Translations under genes and position numbers: made by a program
Part shown: one piece after another, positions 30,667 through 40,406 of the stretch
Layout of the letters: each line of letters opens with the position of its first letter
Numbering within the stretch: position 1 is the stretch's first letter
Notes under the pieces: model-generated
Seen by the model: the letters and a program-made list of their open reading frames with translations, nothing else
Databases searched by the model: none
What the model was told of the DNA's origin: nothing
From: Patescibacteria group bacterium
GTDB lineage: Bacteria > Patescibacteriota > Patescibacteriia > Patescibacteriales > BM507
Length of the DNA: 64,000 bases
Direction of reading: 5' to 3'
Assembly (NCBI GenBank): GCA_027858235.1
Contig: JAQIDC010000036.1
Span: 10,664 to 74,663, forward strand

Positions 30667-31357
30667 TTTTATTATATATTAATATTTTTTAAATCAATAG
30701 ACCTGCTTCTCAATAATCTTCTTGAAAAAATTATTATATTTTAAGGAAATTTTTGCAGTAAATTTACCTAAATATATGGATTTTTACTGAATATTATTGG
30801 GAAATAGGTCTATAAAATATTATATTCCAAATGTTAAAATAAATCAATAAATCAATAAATGAAGACAAGCAAAAAAATATTTCTATTAACTGCTTGTTAT
30901 GCTTAAAATGATCCTAGTTTGTAAATATGAACTTTATATTTTTTTAATGTTATTTTAACCAAACAAGATTAAAGTTATAGAGTAGGCTAGAATTGAGTTC
31001 ATATTATTTTAGAAACATAATTTAAAACCTCTCTATACGGGCTAAACTTAAGTATTTTTATTATATTTATTAATTATAGATTAAAATAATTGATTGACAA
31101 CAATGTATTAGGCGCCTATGTACAATTAAATCTAACCGTGCTAAGATGCATAGACAAATTAATAAATTTATTGTATAATATGTTTTTTGATTTAATATTA
31201 TACAAATTTCATTGTCTTAATTTTAATTAATCTGCAATCGATTTTTGTCAAAAAAAATAAATTTGACAATATGTCCAACACTCACATTTAGAGATTGTTC
31301 ATTTCCTTATCTCATCAGAAGTTGATAAATATTTTAAAAAAGTAAGAAAGTAAAAGT

Positions 31358-32509
31358 ATGAAAAATTTTAAACAAACATTTATAATTGCCATCATGGCAG
31401 TTATGTTATCAAGCATTAGTATCCCATCCACTGCTTTAGCAGCCGACCCACTTGCTGTCGACCTTTTATCGGCAAACAATTTTACAATTCTAGCAAAAAC
31501 CGGCATTACAAACACAGGCAGTCATTCTTCAGAAATCACTGGCAATATTGGTTCTAGCCCAATTACAGCAGCAGCTATGAGTAATGTATATTGTTCAGAA
31601 ATTACTGGCACAATTTATGGAGTCGACGCCGCTTATGTTGGTAGTGGAGACCAAACTTGCTTTGCTGGTAACCCACCTGTAGAAAACAAAACTTTAGTGG
31701 ATAATGCTATTCTAGACATGGAGACTGCCTATAATAATTTAGCCAACATGACAGATCCTACTGCTACTGAGTTAGGAGCTGGTAACATAGGTGGTTTAAC
31801 CATAACTCCTGGTCTTTATAAATGGAGCTCAAATGTTATAATCCCAACCAACGTAATATTATCAGGTAGCGCAACTGATATTTGGATTTTTCAAATCGCT
31901 GGTAATCTAAACCTTGCATCTGCTGGTGATGTTTCATCTGGTATTAAAGTAGTTCTAAGTGGCGGTGCTCAAGCTTCAAATATTTTTTGGCAAGTCGGAG
32001 GTCTAACAGGGGCTACTCTTGGCACCTACTCAACATTTAACGGAAATATTTTAAGTGCCAAACAAATAATTTTAGAGACTGGATCTATTTTAAATGGTAA
32101 AGCGCTTGCTCAAACTCAAGTTACGCTTGATGCAAATATTGTCTCATCGTCAGCTGTTGTTATTCAAGTTGAACCACCAGCAGTCGATCTTCCTACTGTT
32201 ACACCCCCAGTTGTTATCACTCTGCCGACAACAACATCTTCTTCAACTGATACGATTACGCCTATTATTAACGACACGGTTACAACTCCACTTGTAGAAG
32301 ATACTATAGAACCAACTATCACTGCAACTGAAACAATCACACCGATAATTTCAACAACCACTCCTAGCTCAACAATTACCCCAAAACTTCCAAGTGCAGG
32401 AACTAAACCTAATAATTCAAATGCCTCACAAATATTATTTTCTTTACTTGGATTAAGTGCCTTAATGTTGGTAATTTTTAAAGCAAGAAAGAAAAAATAT
32501 CTTTCTTAA
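31358..32509 (+). CDS. Secreted DUF3494 ice-binding-family protein with Pro/Thr stalk and LPxTG-like anchor
   Basis: Signal peptide; FTILAKTGITN, ITPGLYKW, IWIFQI, ASNIFWQV, FNGNILS; LPSAG, TM, KARKKK. Confidence 0.9.
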   Translation: MKNFKQTFIIAIMAVMLSSISIPSTALAADPLAVDLLSANNFTILAKTGITNTGSHSSEITGNIGSSPITAAAMSNVYCSEITGTIYGVDAAYVGSGDQTCFAGNPPVENKTLVDNAILDMETAYNNLANMTDPTATELGAGNIGGLTITPGLYKWSSNVIIPTNVILSGSATDIWIFQIAGNLNLASAGDVSSGIKVVLSGGAQASNIFWQVGGLTGATLGTYSTFNGNILSAKQIILETGSILNGKALAQTQVTLDANIVSSSAVVIQVEPPAVDLPTVTPPVVITLPTTTSSSTDTITPIINDTVTTPLVEDTIEPTITATETITPIISTTTPSSTITPKLPSAGTKPNNSNASQILFSLLGLSALMLVIFKARKKKYLS

Positions 32510-32535
32510 TTGAATAATCTAAATATGTACGGTTA

Positions 32536-32570
32536 AAAAAGAAACCAGACAATTTGTTGTCTGGTTTCTT
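32536..32570. terminator. Hairpin between ice-binding protein and sortase genes
   Basis: aagaaaccagacaa-t-ttgttgtctggtttctt inverted repeat. Confidence 0.65.
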
Positions 32571-33195
32571 AAAAACCAATTTCAAGAATATACTTATTAA
32601 ATTTTCTAAAATATTGCGTACAAAAAATATATTAATATTCTTATTAATAGGATTGCTGTTTTTATGGCAACATTTTATTATTCAAAACATCAAAACTACA
32701 CAACAAAATATAGTTGTTAAAAAGGAAACTCCCCTTTCAAACATGCAAATCGTTTCGAAGACCAGACTACCGTTATTATTAAATATTCCAAAATTGAACA
32801 TCAATGCTAATATTCAATATGTCAGCCTCACCCCAGATGGATTAATGGATGTTCCAAGTAATCAATTTGAAGTGGCTTGGTATCAACCGGGGACACCACC
32901 AGGAGAAATAGGCAGTGCAGTTATTACAGGGCATTTCGGAAAAGAAAATTCAGTTTTTAATGATTTAGATGAATTAAAAAAAGGAGACGAAATAAAGATT
33001 ATAAACGATCAAAGCAATGCCGTCGTTTTTGTTGTCAGTAAAACTGAAAAATACGAAGCCGATGATAATGCATCAACAGTATTTTTTTCAGACGATAACC
33101 AAGCTCACCTTAACTTGATAACTTGCCAAGGTGTTTGGAATAAAAATACAAAAAGCTATCCATCAAGATTAATAATTTTTACGGATTTAAAATAA
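32554..33195 (+). CDS. Class F-like sortase (start uncertain, possibly downstream)
   Basis: VAWY, PGEIGSAVITGH, LNLITC, downstream Arg; N-terminal TM. Confidence 0.88.
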   Translation: MLSGFLKTNFKNILIKFSKILRTKNILIFLLIGLLFLWQHFIIQNIKTTQQNIVVKKETPLSNMQIVSKTRLPLLLNIPKLNINANIQYVSLTPDGLMDVPSNQFEVAWYQPGTPPGEIGSAVITGHFGKENSVFNDLDELKKGDEIKIINDQSNAVVFVVSKTEKYEADDNASTVFFSDDNQAHLNLITCQGVWNKNTKSYPSRLIIFTDLK

Positions 33196-33487
33196 TTATA
33201 AAATATTAATAATTGACCTCTTCATAATTACGGAGAAGATTAAAGTAATAAACAATAACATTTTTTACTTATTTTTTCCATATTCGTTACATCAATATCT
33301 ACTGATTTGTATACAAAATGCAAGAACTAAAATAAAGTAAATCTACTGTCCACAGTGTTTCAAAATAGTCAGACTTAATAGCCGAGCTGTTATTCGTTCT
33401 CATTCTAGAGAAAGCTCTATGATGTTTAGGTGTGGAGCAGAACAATGCCCAGGAACATACAAAAAGTCTGAAAAATTAACTCATTAT

Positions 33488-33514
33488 AAAAGCGACTCAA
33501 CTGAGTCGCTTTTT
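33488..33514. terminator. Bidirectional terminator
   Basis: aaaagcgactca-ac-tgagtcgctttt. Confidence 0.8.
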
Positions 33515-33529
33515 CTATTTATACTATCT

Positions 33530-33835
33530 TTATTTTCTCTTCTCCTTATACTTAACAATCGCTTGAGCCATATGATCTTTTACTTTTTCGATGGCTTTGT
33601 ATAGGTCTTCTGCTTCTTTTTCTACTCGGAGTAGTTCCCCTGGAACTTGTAGATTCATTTCTGCTTTAAAGATTTTTCCTTTTTGATGTCTTCCTGAATT
33701 AAGTCCAACTTCAACATCACAATTAACAGCCTCATAACTTCCTAAATATTTTTCTAACATATCTGCTTTTTGTTGAACATAATCTCTGATAGCATCTGTC
33801 ATTTCAATTTTAGTTGCTTTTATTCTTACTTGCAT
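33530..33835 (-). CDS. hpf: Ribosome hibernation factor (RaiA/HPF, short)
   Basis: IEMTDAIRDYV, AEDLYKAIEKV. Confidence 0.88.
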   Translation of the reverse strand: MQVRIKATKIEMTDAIRDYVQQKADMLEKYLGSYEAVNCDVEVGLNSGRHQKGKIFKAEMNLQVPGELLRVEKEAEDLYKAIEKVKDHMAQAIVKYKEKRK

Positions 33836-33886
33836 ATAATTTTAGTTAAAAGTTAAAAGTATAAAGTTAAAAGTTTTTATTGCTTT

Positions 33887-33967
33887 TCTGGATTCCGGGT
33901 CACCCCGCTACGCCACTTCGTGATTACGGTAGACATCGCTCACACACGAGCCAGCCCGGAATGACAA
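33887..33967. repeat. REP-like hairpin, copy 2
   Basis: tctggattccgggtca...agcccggaatgacaa. Confidence 0.75.
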
Positions 33968-33968
33968 T

Positions 33969-35129
33969 TTAGTTAATTATCCTACTAAAAAGTCCTTTTA
34001 TAGCTCCGCTATATCTAGAGACATCATTAAAGGTTACAATTAATATTAAAATCATCAAAAGTATAAAACCAGTATTATGAATCAAGGCTTCTGTCTCTCT
34101 TTTAATTGGGCTCCCTTTTATTTTCTCAACTAATAGGAATAATAATCTTCCTCCATCGAGTGCCGGAATTGGCAGGATATTAATAATTGCCAAATTAATA
34201 GAAAGAAGAGCTGTAAATTGTAGTAAATGAGCTATCCCCAATCGAGCTGCTTGTCCTGTAATAGCCGCTATTCCAACTGGACCAGCTACTTCTACTCCAA
34301 CTCCAGAACCCATGATAAGATCTTTTATGAGATTGAAGAAAGCGAGCAATATCAACCATGTTATTAGTCCTGTTGTTTTCAGTCCTTCCCAAATTGATCT
34401 AAAGAATGAATATTTAACCGTTCCAAGTTCAACAATAGATATACCTACTCCACCCCGTTCTGTTTCTTCACGTATCTCCGGCGTCATACTGAATTCTATC
34501 TCCTCATATCCCCGCCTCACTTCATAATTTATTTCATTGGCTACATTTTCATCTACATAAGCCTGCAGAGCTGCGAAGTTTTCGAACTCAATGCCATCAA
34601 TGCCCGTAATCACATCGCCTGACTTCATTCCAGCAACTTCCGCCACTGAATTTTCAAGAAGTTCAATAACTTGAATTTGCGGATCTACTACTGTTCCACC
34701 GGAAATTTCGGCATCAATTGCCTGGGGGAATCCAATCATGTACCCAGCTGATATCAACACAAAGGCAAGAACAATATTCATAGTAACTCCCGCTGACAAA
34801 ATAATAGCTTTCTGCCACATTTTTCTACTTACAAAACTATCTGAATCACTATTCTCTCCGTCTTCTCCTTTTATTTTTACAAAACCGCCTAGAGGAAGCC
34901 AGTTTAGGGAATAAATTGTATCCGCTGCATCTGTTACCTCCTTGGTTCCATAAACCTTTTTCCATTTCCCTTCAGTGCTTTTATATATTCCAATTGCCCT
35001 CGGAGGAAAACCAAGTCCAAATTCCTCTGATTTTGCTCCAAACTTCCTTGCTGTCAAGAAATGCCCCAATTCATGAACAAGAACCAAAAGAGATAAGACT
35101 GCTAAAAATACTATTATCGTAAAAAACAT
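33969..35129 (-). CDS. rseP: RIP metalloprotease RseP
   Basis: HELGH, PLGGFVKI, PDZ, NILPIPALDGG. Confidence 0.96.
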   Translation of the reverse strand: MFFTIIVFLAVLSLLVLVHELGHFLTARKFGAKSEEFGLGFPPRAIGIYKSTEGKWKKVYGTKEVTDAADTIYSLNWLPLGGFVKIKGEDGENSDSDSFVSRKMWQKAIILSAGVTMNIVLAFVLISAGYMIGFPQAIDAEISGGTVVDPQIQVIELLENSVAEVAGMKSGDVITGIDGIEFENFAALQAYVDENVANEINYEVRRGYEEIEFSMTPEIREETERGGVGISIVELGTVKYSFFRSIWEGLKTTGLITWLILLAFFNLIKDLIMGSGVGVEVAGPVGIAAITGQAARLGIAHLLQFTALLSINLAIINILPIPALDGGRLLFLLVEKIKGSPIKRETEALIHNTGFILLMILILIVTFNDVSRYSGAIKGLFSRIIN

Positions 35130-35183
35130 ATTTTATTATTTATTATTATTTTATCTATTTTTCATTAAAACAAAATTAGTTTC

Positions 35184-35738
35184 CTAAATTGTCATTATAT
35201 CTGCTTCTTTAGAATCTCTAATATTCTTTATTTCATCATTGAACTCACGAATCCTCTCATCCAGCTCTTTGATTGATGAGAACTTGTCATCTTCGCTTAT
35301 CTCTTTTTCTTTTTCATCCTTTTCAATTCCATCTTTAATATCATCTCTCAATTGTCTAACAGAAATACGAGATTTTTCCATTTTTTCATTCAATTTCTTT
35401 ACCAATTCTTTCCTATTCTCTTCTGTCATTTGAGGAACCGTCAGACGAATTTTCTCTCCGTCATTCATAACACCCAATCCCAAATCAGCATCCACGATTG
35501 CCTTTTCAACGTCTTTAATTACACTTTTATCCCAAGGAGCCACAAGTAAACTCTGTGAGTCTGCCACATTAATATTGGCAACACCGTTAAGAGGTGTCTT
35601 AACTCCATAAGCCTCAACCATAACACCCTCCAGAACCGCTGGGTTAGCTCGACCTGTTCTAATGCTTGAAATATCTTTCTTAAAATATTCCATTATATTT
35701 TCAAAGTCTCCTTGTTTTTCTTCAATGTAGGTATTCAT
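35184..35738 (-). CDS. frr: Ribosome recycling factor
   Basis: IRTGRANP, PWDK, TEENRKELVK. Confidence 0.97.
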   Translation of the reverse strand: MNTYIEEKQGDFENIMEYFKKDISSIRTGRANPAVLEGVMVEAYGVKTPLNGVANINVADSQSLLVAPWDKSVIKDVEKAIVDADLGLGVMNDGEKIRLTVPQMTEENRKELVKKLNEKMEKSRISVRQLRDDIKDGIEKDEKEKEISEDDKFSSIKELDERIREFNDEIKNIRDSKEADIMTI

Positions 35739-35754
35739 ATATTTTAATAAATAA

Positions 35755-36885
35755 TTATTTTTTCAATGATTTAATGGCCATATAAATAATGCTTGGATTT
35801 TCTGGGTCAATCAAAAGTTTCCATCCTGCTCTGATTGTTGGTAACTTCTGCGGTGTCCAATTTATCCCTCCGTCTGATGATTTATAAAAAGTAGTATTAG
35901 TTACATAATAAATTTCATTTGTATCTTCTTCATTAACAGCAACGGAGTTAATTTGAGATTTTATATCAGGAGTTATTAGTTCAATTTTTTCGAAAGAATC
36001 ACCGTTATTAGATGATTTAACAATACCATTAATACCCGCCAAATAGATAACAGTTGGCTCAGTGTTTAATATTATCATATCTCTAATATTATTCCCAATA
36101 CTTGATTCAGCCTCTTTTAGGGCTGTGCCTAGGTTGTCCCAATTAATACCTGAATCAAAGCTTCTAAATACTCCCTGCCTAGCTGTAACAACATACATTT
36201 TCCTACTATCTTTTGGGTCAATTAATATTTTGGCGATACTATCCTTAAATCTATAAATTGTTTTCCAGCTTTCACCAAAATCAGAGCTTTGGACCAAATC
36301 ACCTCTACTAAGTCCCATGAAAACTTTTGAATTATCAAAATGATTTACAACCAGAGAATTGACCTTAACGGCAGCATCATTATCAATATAAGTTTGCTTC
36401 CAGTGCCTTGAGCAATCATCGGTCTTGAAAACTTTATTAGAAATTGCTGTATACACCCTGCATCTTGAACCTGGATCAATTTCTAAATCATTTATTGGAG
36501 TTGCTCCGAGTGCCTTGGCCACCTGCCAACTATTACCTCCATCATAAGTATAAGCCAATCCATTCGCAACACTCCCGTAATACAAGGCCATATTATCTCC
36601 TGGATCCATTTTGAAAGAATTAACACTTGTTCCCCCAAAGTTTTTTTGAGAAGCTCCTACATCAGACAACAATACTCTTTGTTTCCAAGTGGCCCCCTTG
36701 TCGATTGATTTAAAAACGCCTCCGATATCTGCTTCAGCTTTTTTTGAATCTCCAGAATCAAAATTTACAGAGCAGGCGCTTAAAGTGAAAGCTAGAAATA
36801 ATAATGTTGATAAAAATTTTATTTTTCTTACCCTAGGGGTGCCCCGTGGGGAATGCCCTTGTGGTTCATTTGTTTTATTGTACAT
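35755..36885 (-). CDS. BNR/Asp-box beta-propeller lipoprotein
   Basis: Lipobox LSAC; repeated SxDxGxxW. Confidence 0.85.
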   Translation of the reverse strand: MYNKTNEPQGHSPRGTPRVRKIKFLSTLLFLAFTLSACSVNFDSGDSKKAEADIGGVFKSIDKGATWKQRVLLSDVGASQKNFGGTSVNSFKMDPGDNMALYYGSVANGLAYTYDGGNSWQVAKALGATPINDLEIDPGSRCRVYTAISNKVFKTDDCSRHWKQTYIDNDAAVKVNSLVVNHFDNSKVFMGLSRGDLVQSSDFGESWKTIYRFKDSIAKILIDPKDSRKMYVVTARQGVFRSFDSGINWDNLGTALKEAESSIGNNIRDMIILNTEPTVIYLAGINGIVKSSNNGDSFEKIELITPDIKSQINSVAVNEEDTNEIYYVTNTTFYKSSDGGINWTPQKLPTIRAGWKLLIDPENPSIIYMAIKSLKK

Positions 36886-36889
36886 AAAT

Positions 36890-37951
36890 TTACAAAGATA
36901 AAGTTATATTTTCTAAAATTAATTTTGAACTCAAATTTGCTCCAATATAGTCCTCAGATTTTTCAATTTCATCTAAAATATTTGTTATTTTGTTTATACT
37001 ATTTTTTACTTGCATTTTTTTAAGTCGCGTATCGACTATTTCATTTTGAACTAAATTGTTTAGGCCGTAGTTTATTAGATACAAGTCTCGATATACGCCT
37101 TGCAAGGTTTCAAGTAATCTCTTGAGAACAGCTGACGCCTCTAAACCACTTAGTTTTTTATCAATCATGCTAGCAACTAATGAAAATTTTTCATTTATAT
37201 CACCGCTCTCAATTAGATCTAAAAGCAAATCAAGCCTATGAGTATAGTTACTATAAAATTCTTTATCTTCAATAAATTTAAGAGCGAGCGCTGGTCTTCC
37301 AAGAGAAATACGAGAATAATTCTTAGCAGCGCTTCTCGTTAACTTATAATTATCAAGTAAATATTTATTTATTTTATTTATTTCGACAGGTCCAAAATCG
37401 AGAACCTGACAACGAGAAATAATGGTCGTTAACATTTTATCAATGTTTGATGAAACAAGAATTATTACAACCTTTTTCCTAGGCTCTTCTAAAATTTTGA
37501 GCAGTGCGTTAGAAGCTGATTCGCTTAAAGTGTCGGCATGTTTTATAATACCCACCTTATAAGAATCAGAAAAAGAGCTCATTCCGAAAGAGCGAATCAA
37601 ATCTCTGACTTGCTCAACTGATATGTTTTTTTTATCTTTTTCTTTTTTAACAATATAGAAGTCTCCATGGGCAAACTCTTTTTCAGGATTATCATTAGTT
37701 GTCTGAGAATTAAACTTCTTGCAAGATGAACATGTTCCACAAGGCTTTTCACTGTAGCTAGTGTCTTTTTCTTCACAAAGAATAATTTTTGCAAAATGCT
37801 CAGCTAATTTGGTCTTTCCCATATTATCTGGGCCTGAAAAAATATATGAACTTGTTAACTTATTATTAGCTAAACCACGAGAGAGAAAATCAATATTTTT
37901 TTTATTTCCTATAAGTGGCCACTTATACTTACTTTTTGCATCATTTTTCAT
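36890..37951 (-). CDS. holB: DNA polymerase III delta-prime-like clamp loader subunit
   Basis: GPDNMGK, PCGTCSSC, ASNALLKILEEP, TIISRCQ. Confidence 0.85.
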   Translation of the reverse strand: MKNDAKSKYKWPLIGNKKNIDFLSRGLANNKLTSSYIFSGPDNMGKTKLAEHFAKIILCEEKDTSYSEKPCGTCSSCKKFNSQTTNDNPEKEFAHGDFYIVKKEKDKKNISVEQVRDLIRSFGMSSFSDSYKVGIIKHADTLSESASNALLKILEEPRKKVVIILVSSNIDKMLTTIISRCQVLDFGPVEINKINKYLLDNYKLTRSAAKNYSRISLGRPALALKFIEDKEFYSNYTHRLDLLLDLIESGDINEKFSLVASMIDKKLSGLEASAVLKRLLETLQGVYRDLYLINYGLNNLVQNEIVDTRLKKMQVKNSINKITNILDEIEKSEDYIGANLSSKLILENITLSL

Positions 37952-38073
37952 ATTTTAATTATAACAATTCATAATTTTTTAATCAATAGACAAAATATCT
38001 ATTTTTACTTAATATTGGGAAAAATTTTTTGCGTAAAAATTGATTTTTTGCTTATTCTTGCTATAATATCTCT

Positions 38074-39438
38074 ATGAATAATAAAATTAAAAAGATTTTT
38101 CTCTTGCTGGGCGATATCTCAATGCTATACATTTCTCTCTATTTAACCCTCTTGTTGAGATATAGAGATAATTTTAGTGTTGAAATTTGGCAAAACCACT
38201 ATCCTCCCTTTACTTATATTTTCATTGCTTGGCTTTTCTTGTTTTACTTTTTAAATCTTTATAATCTCTATTTTACTCAAAATAGCAAAATATTCTATCG
38301 TTCTATTATAAAAAGTATCGGAATCGCTGGTGTTATTGCTGCTCTTTTTTTCTATTTAAACCCATCCATTGGAATTGCTCCAAAAATAAACCTACTGCTA
38401 TACATCCTAGTATTTTCGTTTGTTTTTTCTCTTTGGCGATTTTTTTATAATTCCATTTTATTTTCTTATCTTCCAAAAAATCGCATTGCCTTTATAGGAG
38501 TAAATGATCAAATATCTGAAATAATTTATTTTTTAAAAGCAAATCCAAATGCTGGCTACAAACCACTTCTTATTATTGACGCCAAAAGCGAGCTTACTGA
38601 GAGCTACCACGGGATTAAAACCATTAGAGATATTAGCAATCTAAAAGATGATATTAAAAGGAACCATATAAATACCATTGTCTTATCAACCAACCCGGAT
38701 AACTCCAGCGTTCTAAGACAGCAATTATTTTCCTCCCTCTCTCTTAAACTTGATTTCATAAATTCTATTAACTTCTATGAACTCATCATTGGTAAGGTTC
38801 CGATAGACGCCATTAATCAAATGTGGTTTTTAGAAAATCTCAACGAAGGTGGGAAGGCCTTGTTTGATAGAACTAAAAGTATATTTGATTTTTTGTTTGC
38901 GCTTAGCATCTTACTACTCACACTTCCCTTTTGGATTTTAATAATAATTATTATTAAAATAGAAAGTCATGGCCCAGTATTTTTTAAACAGATTAGAATT
39001 AGTAAAGACGGGAAAGAATTCAGCATAATAAAGTTTAGAACAATGAAGATAGAAAACAATAATTTCGCCCCAACCACCAAGAATGATTCAAGAATAACTT
39101 CTTTCGGTTCATTCCTAAGAAAAAGTAGAATCGACGAGATTCCGCAAGCTCTAAATATTTTAAAAGGTGAGATGAGCTTTGTTGGACCAAGACCGGAGCG
39201 ACCAGAAATTATCAAAGACCTCGAAAAGGTTGTTCCATTCTATAAAGAAAGGATGCTCGTAAAGCCGGGCTTAACAGGCTGGGATCAAGTTTCTGGTGAA
39301 TATCATTCACCAAGTGTAGACGACACCTTAAAAAAACTTCAATATGATCTCTATTATGTAAAAAATAGGTCAATATACCTAGACACTTCAATTCTCCTAA
39401 AAACAATTTCAGTTGTTATGAATAGAGCCGGGATGTAG
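38074..39438 (+). CDS. Polyprenyl-phosphate glycosyl-1-phosphate transferase
   Basis: KFRTM, RIDEIPQ, GEMSFVGPRPERP, KPGLTGWDQV. Confidence 0.93.
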   Translation: MNNKIKKIFLLLGDISMLYISLYLTLLLRYRDNFSVEIWQNHYPPFTYIFIAWLFLFYFLNLYNLYFTQNSKIFYRSIIKSIGIAGVIAALFFYLNPSIGIAPKINLLLYILVFSFVFSLWRFFYNSILFSYLPKNRIAFIGVNDQISEIIYFLKANPNAGYKPLLIIDAKSELTESYHGIKTIRDISNLKDDIKRNHINTIVLSTNPDNSSVLRQQLFSSLSLKLDFINSINFYELIIGKVPIDAINQMWFLENLNEGGKALFDRTKSIFDFLFALSILLLTLPFWILIIIIIKIESHGPVFFKQIRISKDGKEFSIIKFRTMKIENNNFAPTTKNDSRITSFGSFLRKSRIDEIPQALNILKGEMSFVGPRPERPEIIKDLEKVVPFYKERMLVKPGLTGWDQVSGEYHSPSVDDTLKKLQYDLYYVKNRSIYLDTSILLKTISVVMNRAGM

Positions 39439-39474
39439 GTCTATGTACGTTGATATGTACGTACATAGAAAATG

Positions 39475-39501
39475 AAAAACCAGCCGGTTGGCTGGTTTTT
39501 T
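39475..39501. terminator. Bidirectional terminator
   Basis: aaaaaccagcc-ggtt-ggctggttttt. Confidence 0.8.
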
Positions 39502-39512
39502 GTTCGAACAAA

Positions 39513-39716
39513 TTATCTTTTCTTTCTAAAGAGACTATTGCTAAACCTAATTGGAAGAGCTCTCATGCTCCTTTTGGTCTTAACAGACCGAATTCTTTTT
39601 ACTGATCTGTGGCAAGAATGTTGGTTTTCAGCAACCTCACCTCCACAAGCTAGGCAGGTAAAAACGAAGCGTTGGTAAAAAGGGTTCATGTGTTTTCTTC
39701 TGGAAATAGGGTTCAT
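39513..39716 (-). CDS. Small basic CxxC protein
   Basis: CLACG...HSC; AGGAGG at 39722-39727. Confidence 0.6.
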   Translation of the reverse strand: MNPISRRKHMNPFYQRFVFTCLACGGEVAENQHSCHRSVKRIRSVKTKRSMRALPIRFSNSLFRKKR

Positions 39717-39781
39717 TTAATCCTCCTTAAAGAATTGTTTAAAACTCTTTTATGTGCGATACTTCTTCTTTTGGAAAGAAC

Positions 39782-39982
39782 TCATAAACCCTCCTCATTG
39801 GCCTCTCTGCCTAGCGCAAGTAAACTGTCTGTCATTCTTCTATGACATTCGGAACAACGAAATTCTAAAGGCTTACTTGGCTCATTCATCAAATCTGGCC
39901 TATCGGCATAACTGGGCGCATCTTTTCTTTTTTTTACAATAACACCAATTTTACCACAATTACATTCATTATTATTGCACAT
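39782..39982 (-). CDS. Small Cys-rich (zinc-ribbon-like) protein
   Basis: CNCGK and CSECH motifs. Confidence 0.55.
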   Translation of the reverse strand: MCNNNECNCGKIGVIVKKRKDAPSYADRPDLMNEPSKPLEFRCSECHRRMTDSLLALGREANEEGL

Positions 39983-39984
39983 TT

Positions 39985-40395
39985 TTAGCTCCTCTCTGAA
40001 AGAAATTTTTGATACTCATTATAGTCCTCAATATAATCAGACCTATTTGGATTGTAATTAGTTGATGAAAGAGCTAGCAAAATCGCATCGTCTGAAAAAT
40101 TTTTAAATCCATGCCAAACATATTCTCCAACATAAAGGGCGTCAGATGGACCTTGTATTTTTATTTCTTCAATACCATTACCATAATCAATTGTAGCTGT
40201 GCAAGTACCCTTAAGCAAGACAAATAGTTCCTTTTCAATCTTATGACAATGTTGACCTGTATTTCCTTTGATTTCTGTAATAAAATAAACTCGCTTAACA
40301 TCAAAGTCTATATAGTCTTTGAGTTCTAAAGGACTCATTATAAAGTCTGGTGCTTGAATTTTATTTACTTTTAGTTTCTCAAATTTTAAGTCCAT
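39985..40395 (-). CDS. FdtA/QdtA-family cupin (dTDP-sugar 3,4-ketoisomerase-like)
   Basis: KRVYFI, GQHCHK, VWH, DYIEDY; next to rfbB. Confidence 0.88.
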   Translation of the reverse strand: MDLKFEKLKVNKIQAPDFIMSPLELKDYIDFDVKRVYFITEIKGNTGQHCHKIEKELFVLLKGTCTATIDYGNGIEEIKIQGPSDALYVGEYVWHGFKNFSDDAILLALSSTNYNPNRSDYIEDYNEYQKFLSERS

Positions 40396-40406
40396 TTGTT
40401 TAAAAA

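Noticed and set aside
30667..31357. AT-rich spacer as replication origin
   Set aside because: No DnaA-box cluster seen; explained by divergent promoter regions
33419..33604. 61-aa plus-strand ORF
   Set aside because: Runs through a terminator into hpf antisense; upstream frame has a stop, so at best a remnant
36515..36530. ggccacct as a further copy of the 42-bp element
   Set aside because: Only a short match with no flanking similarity
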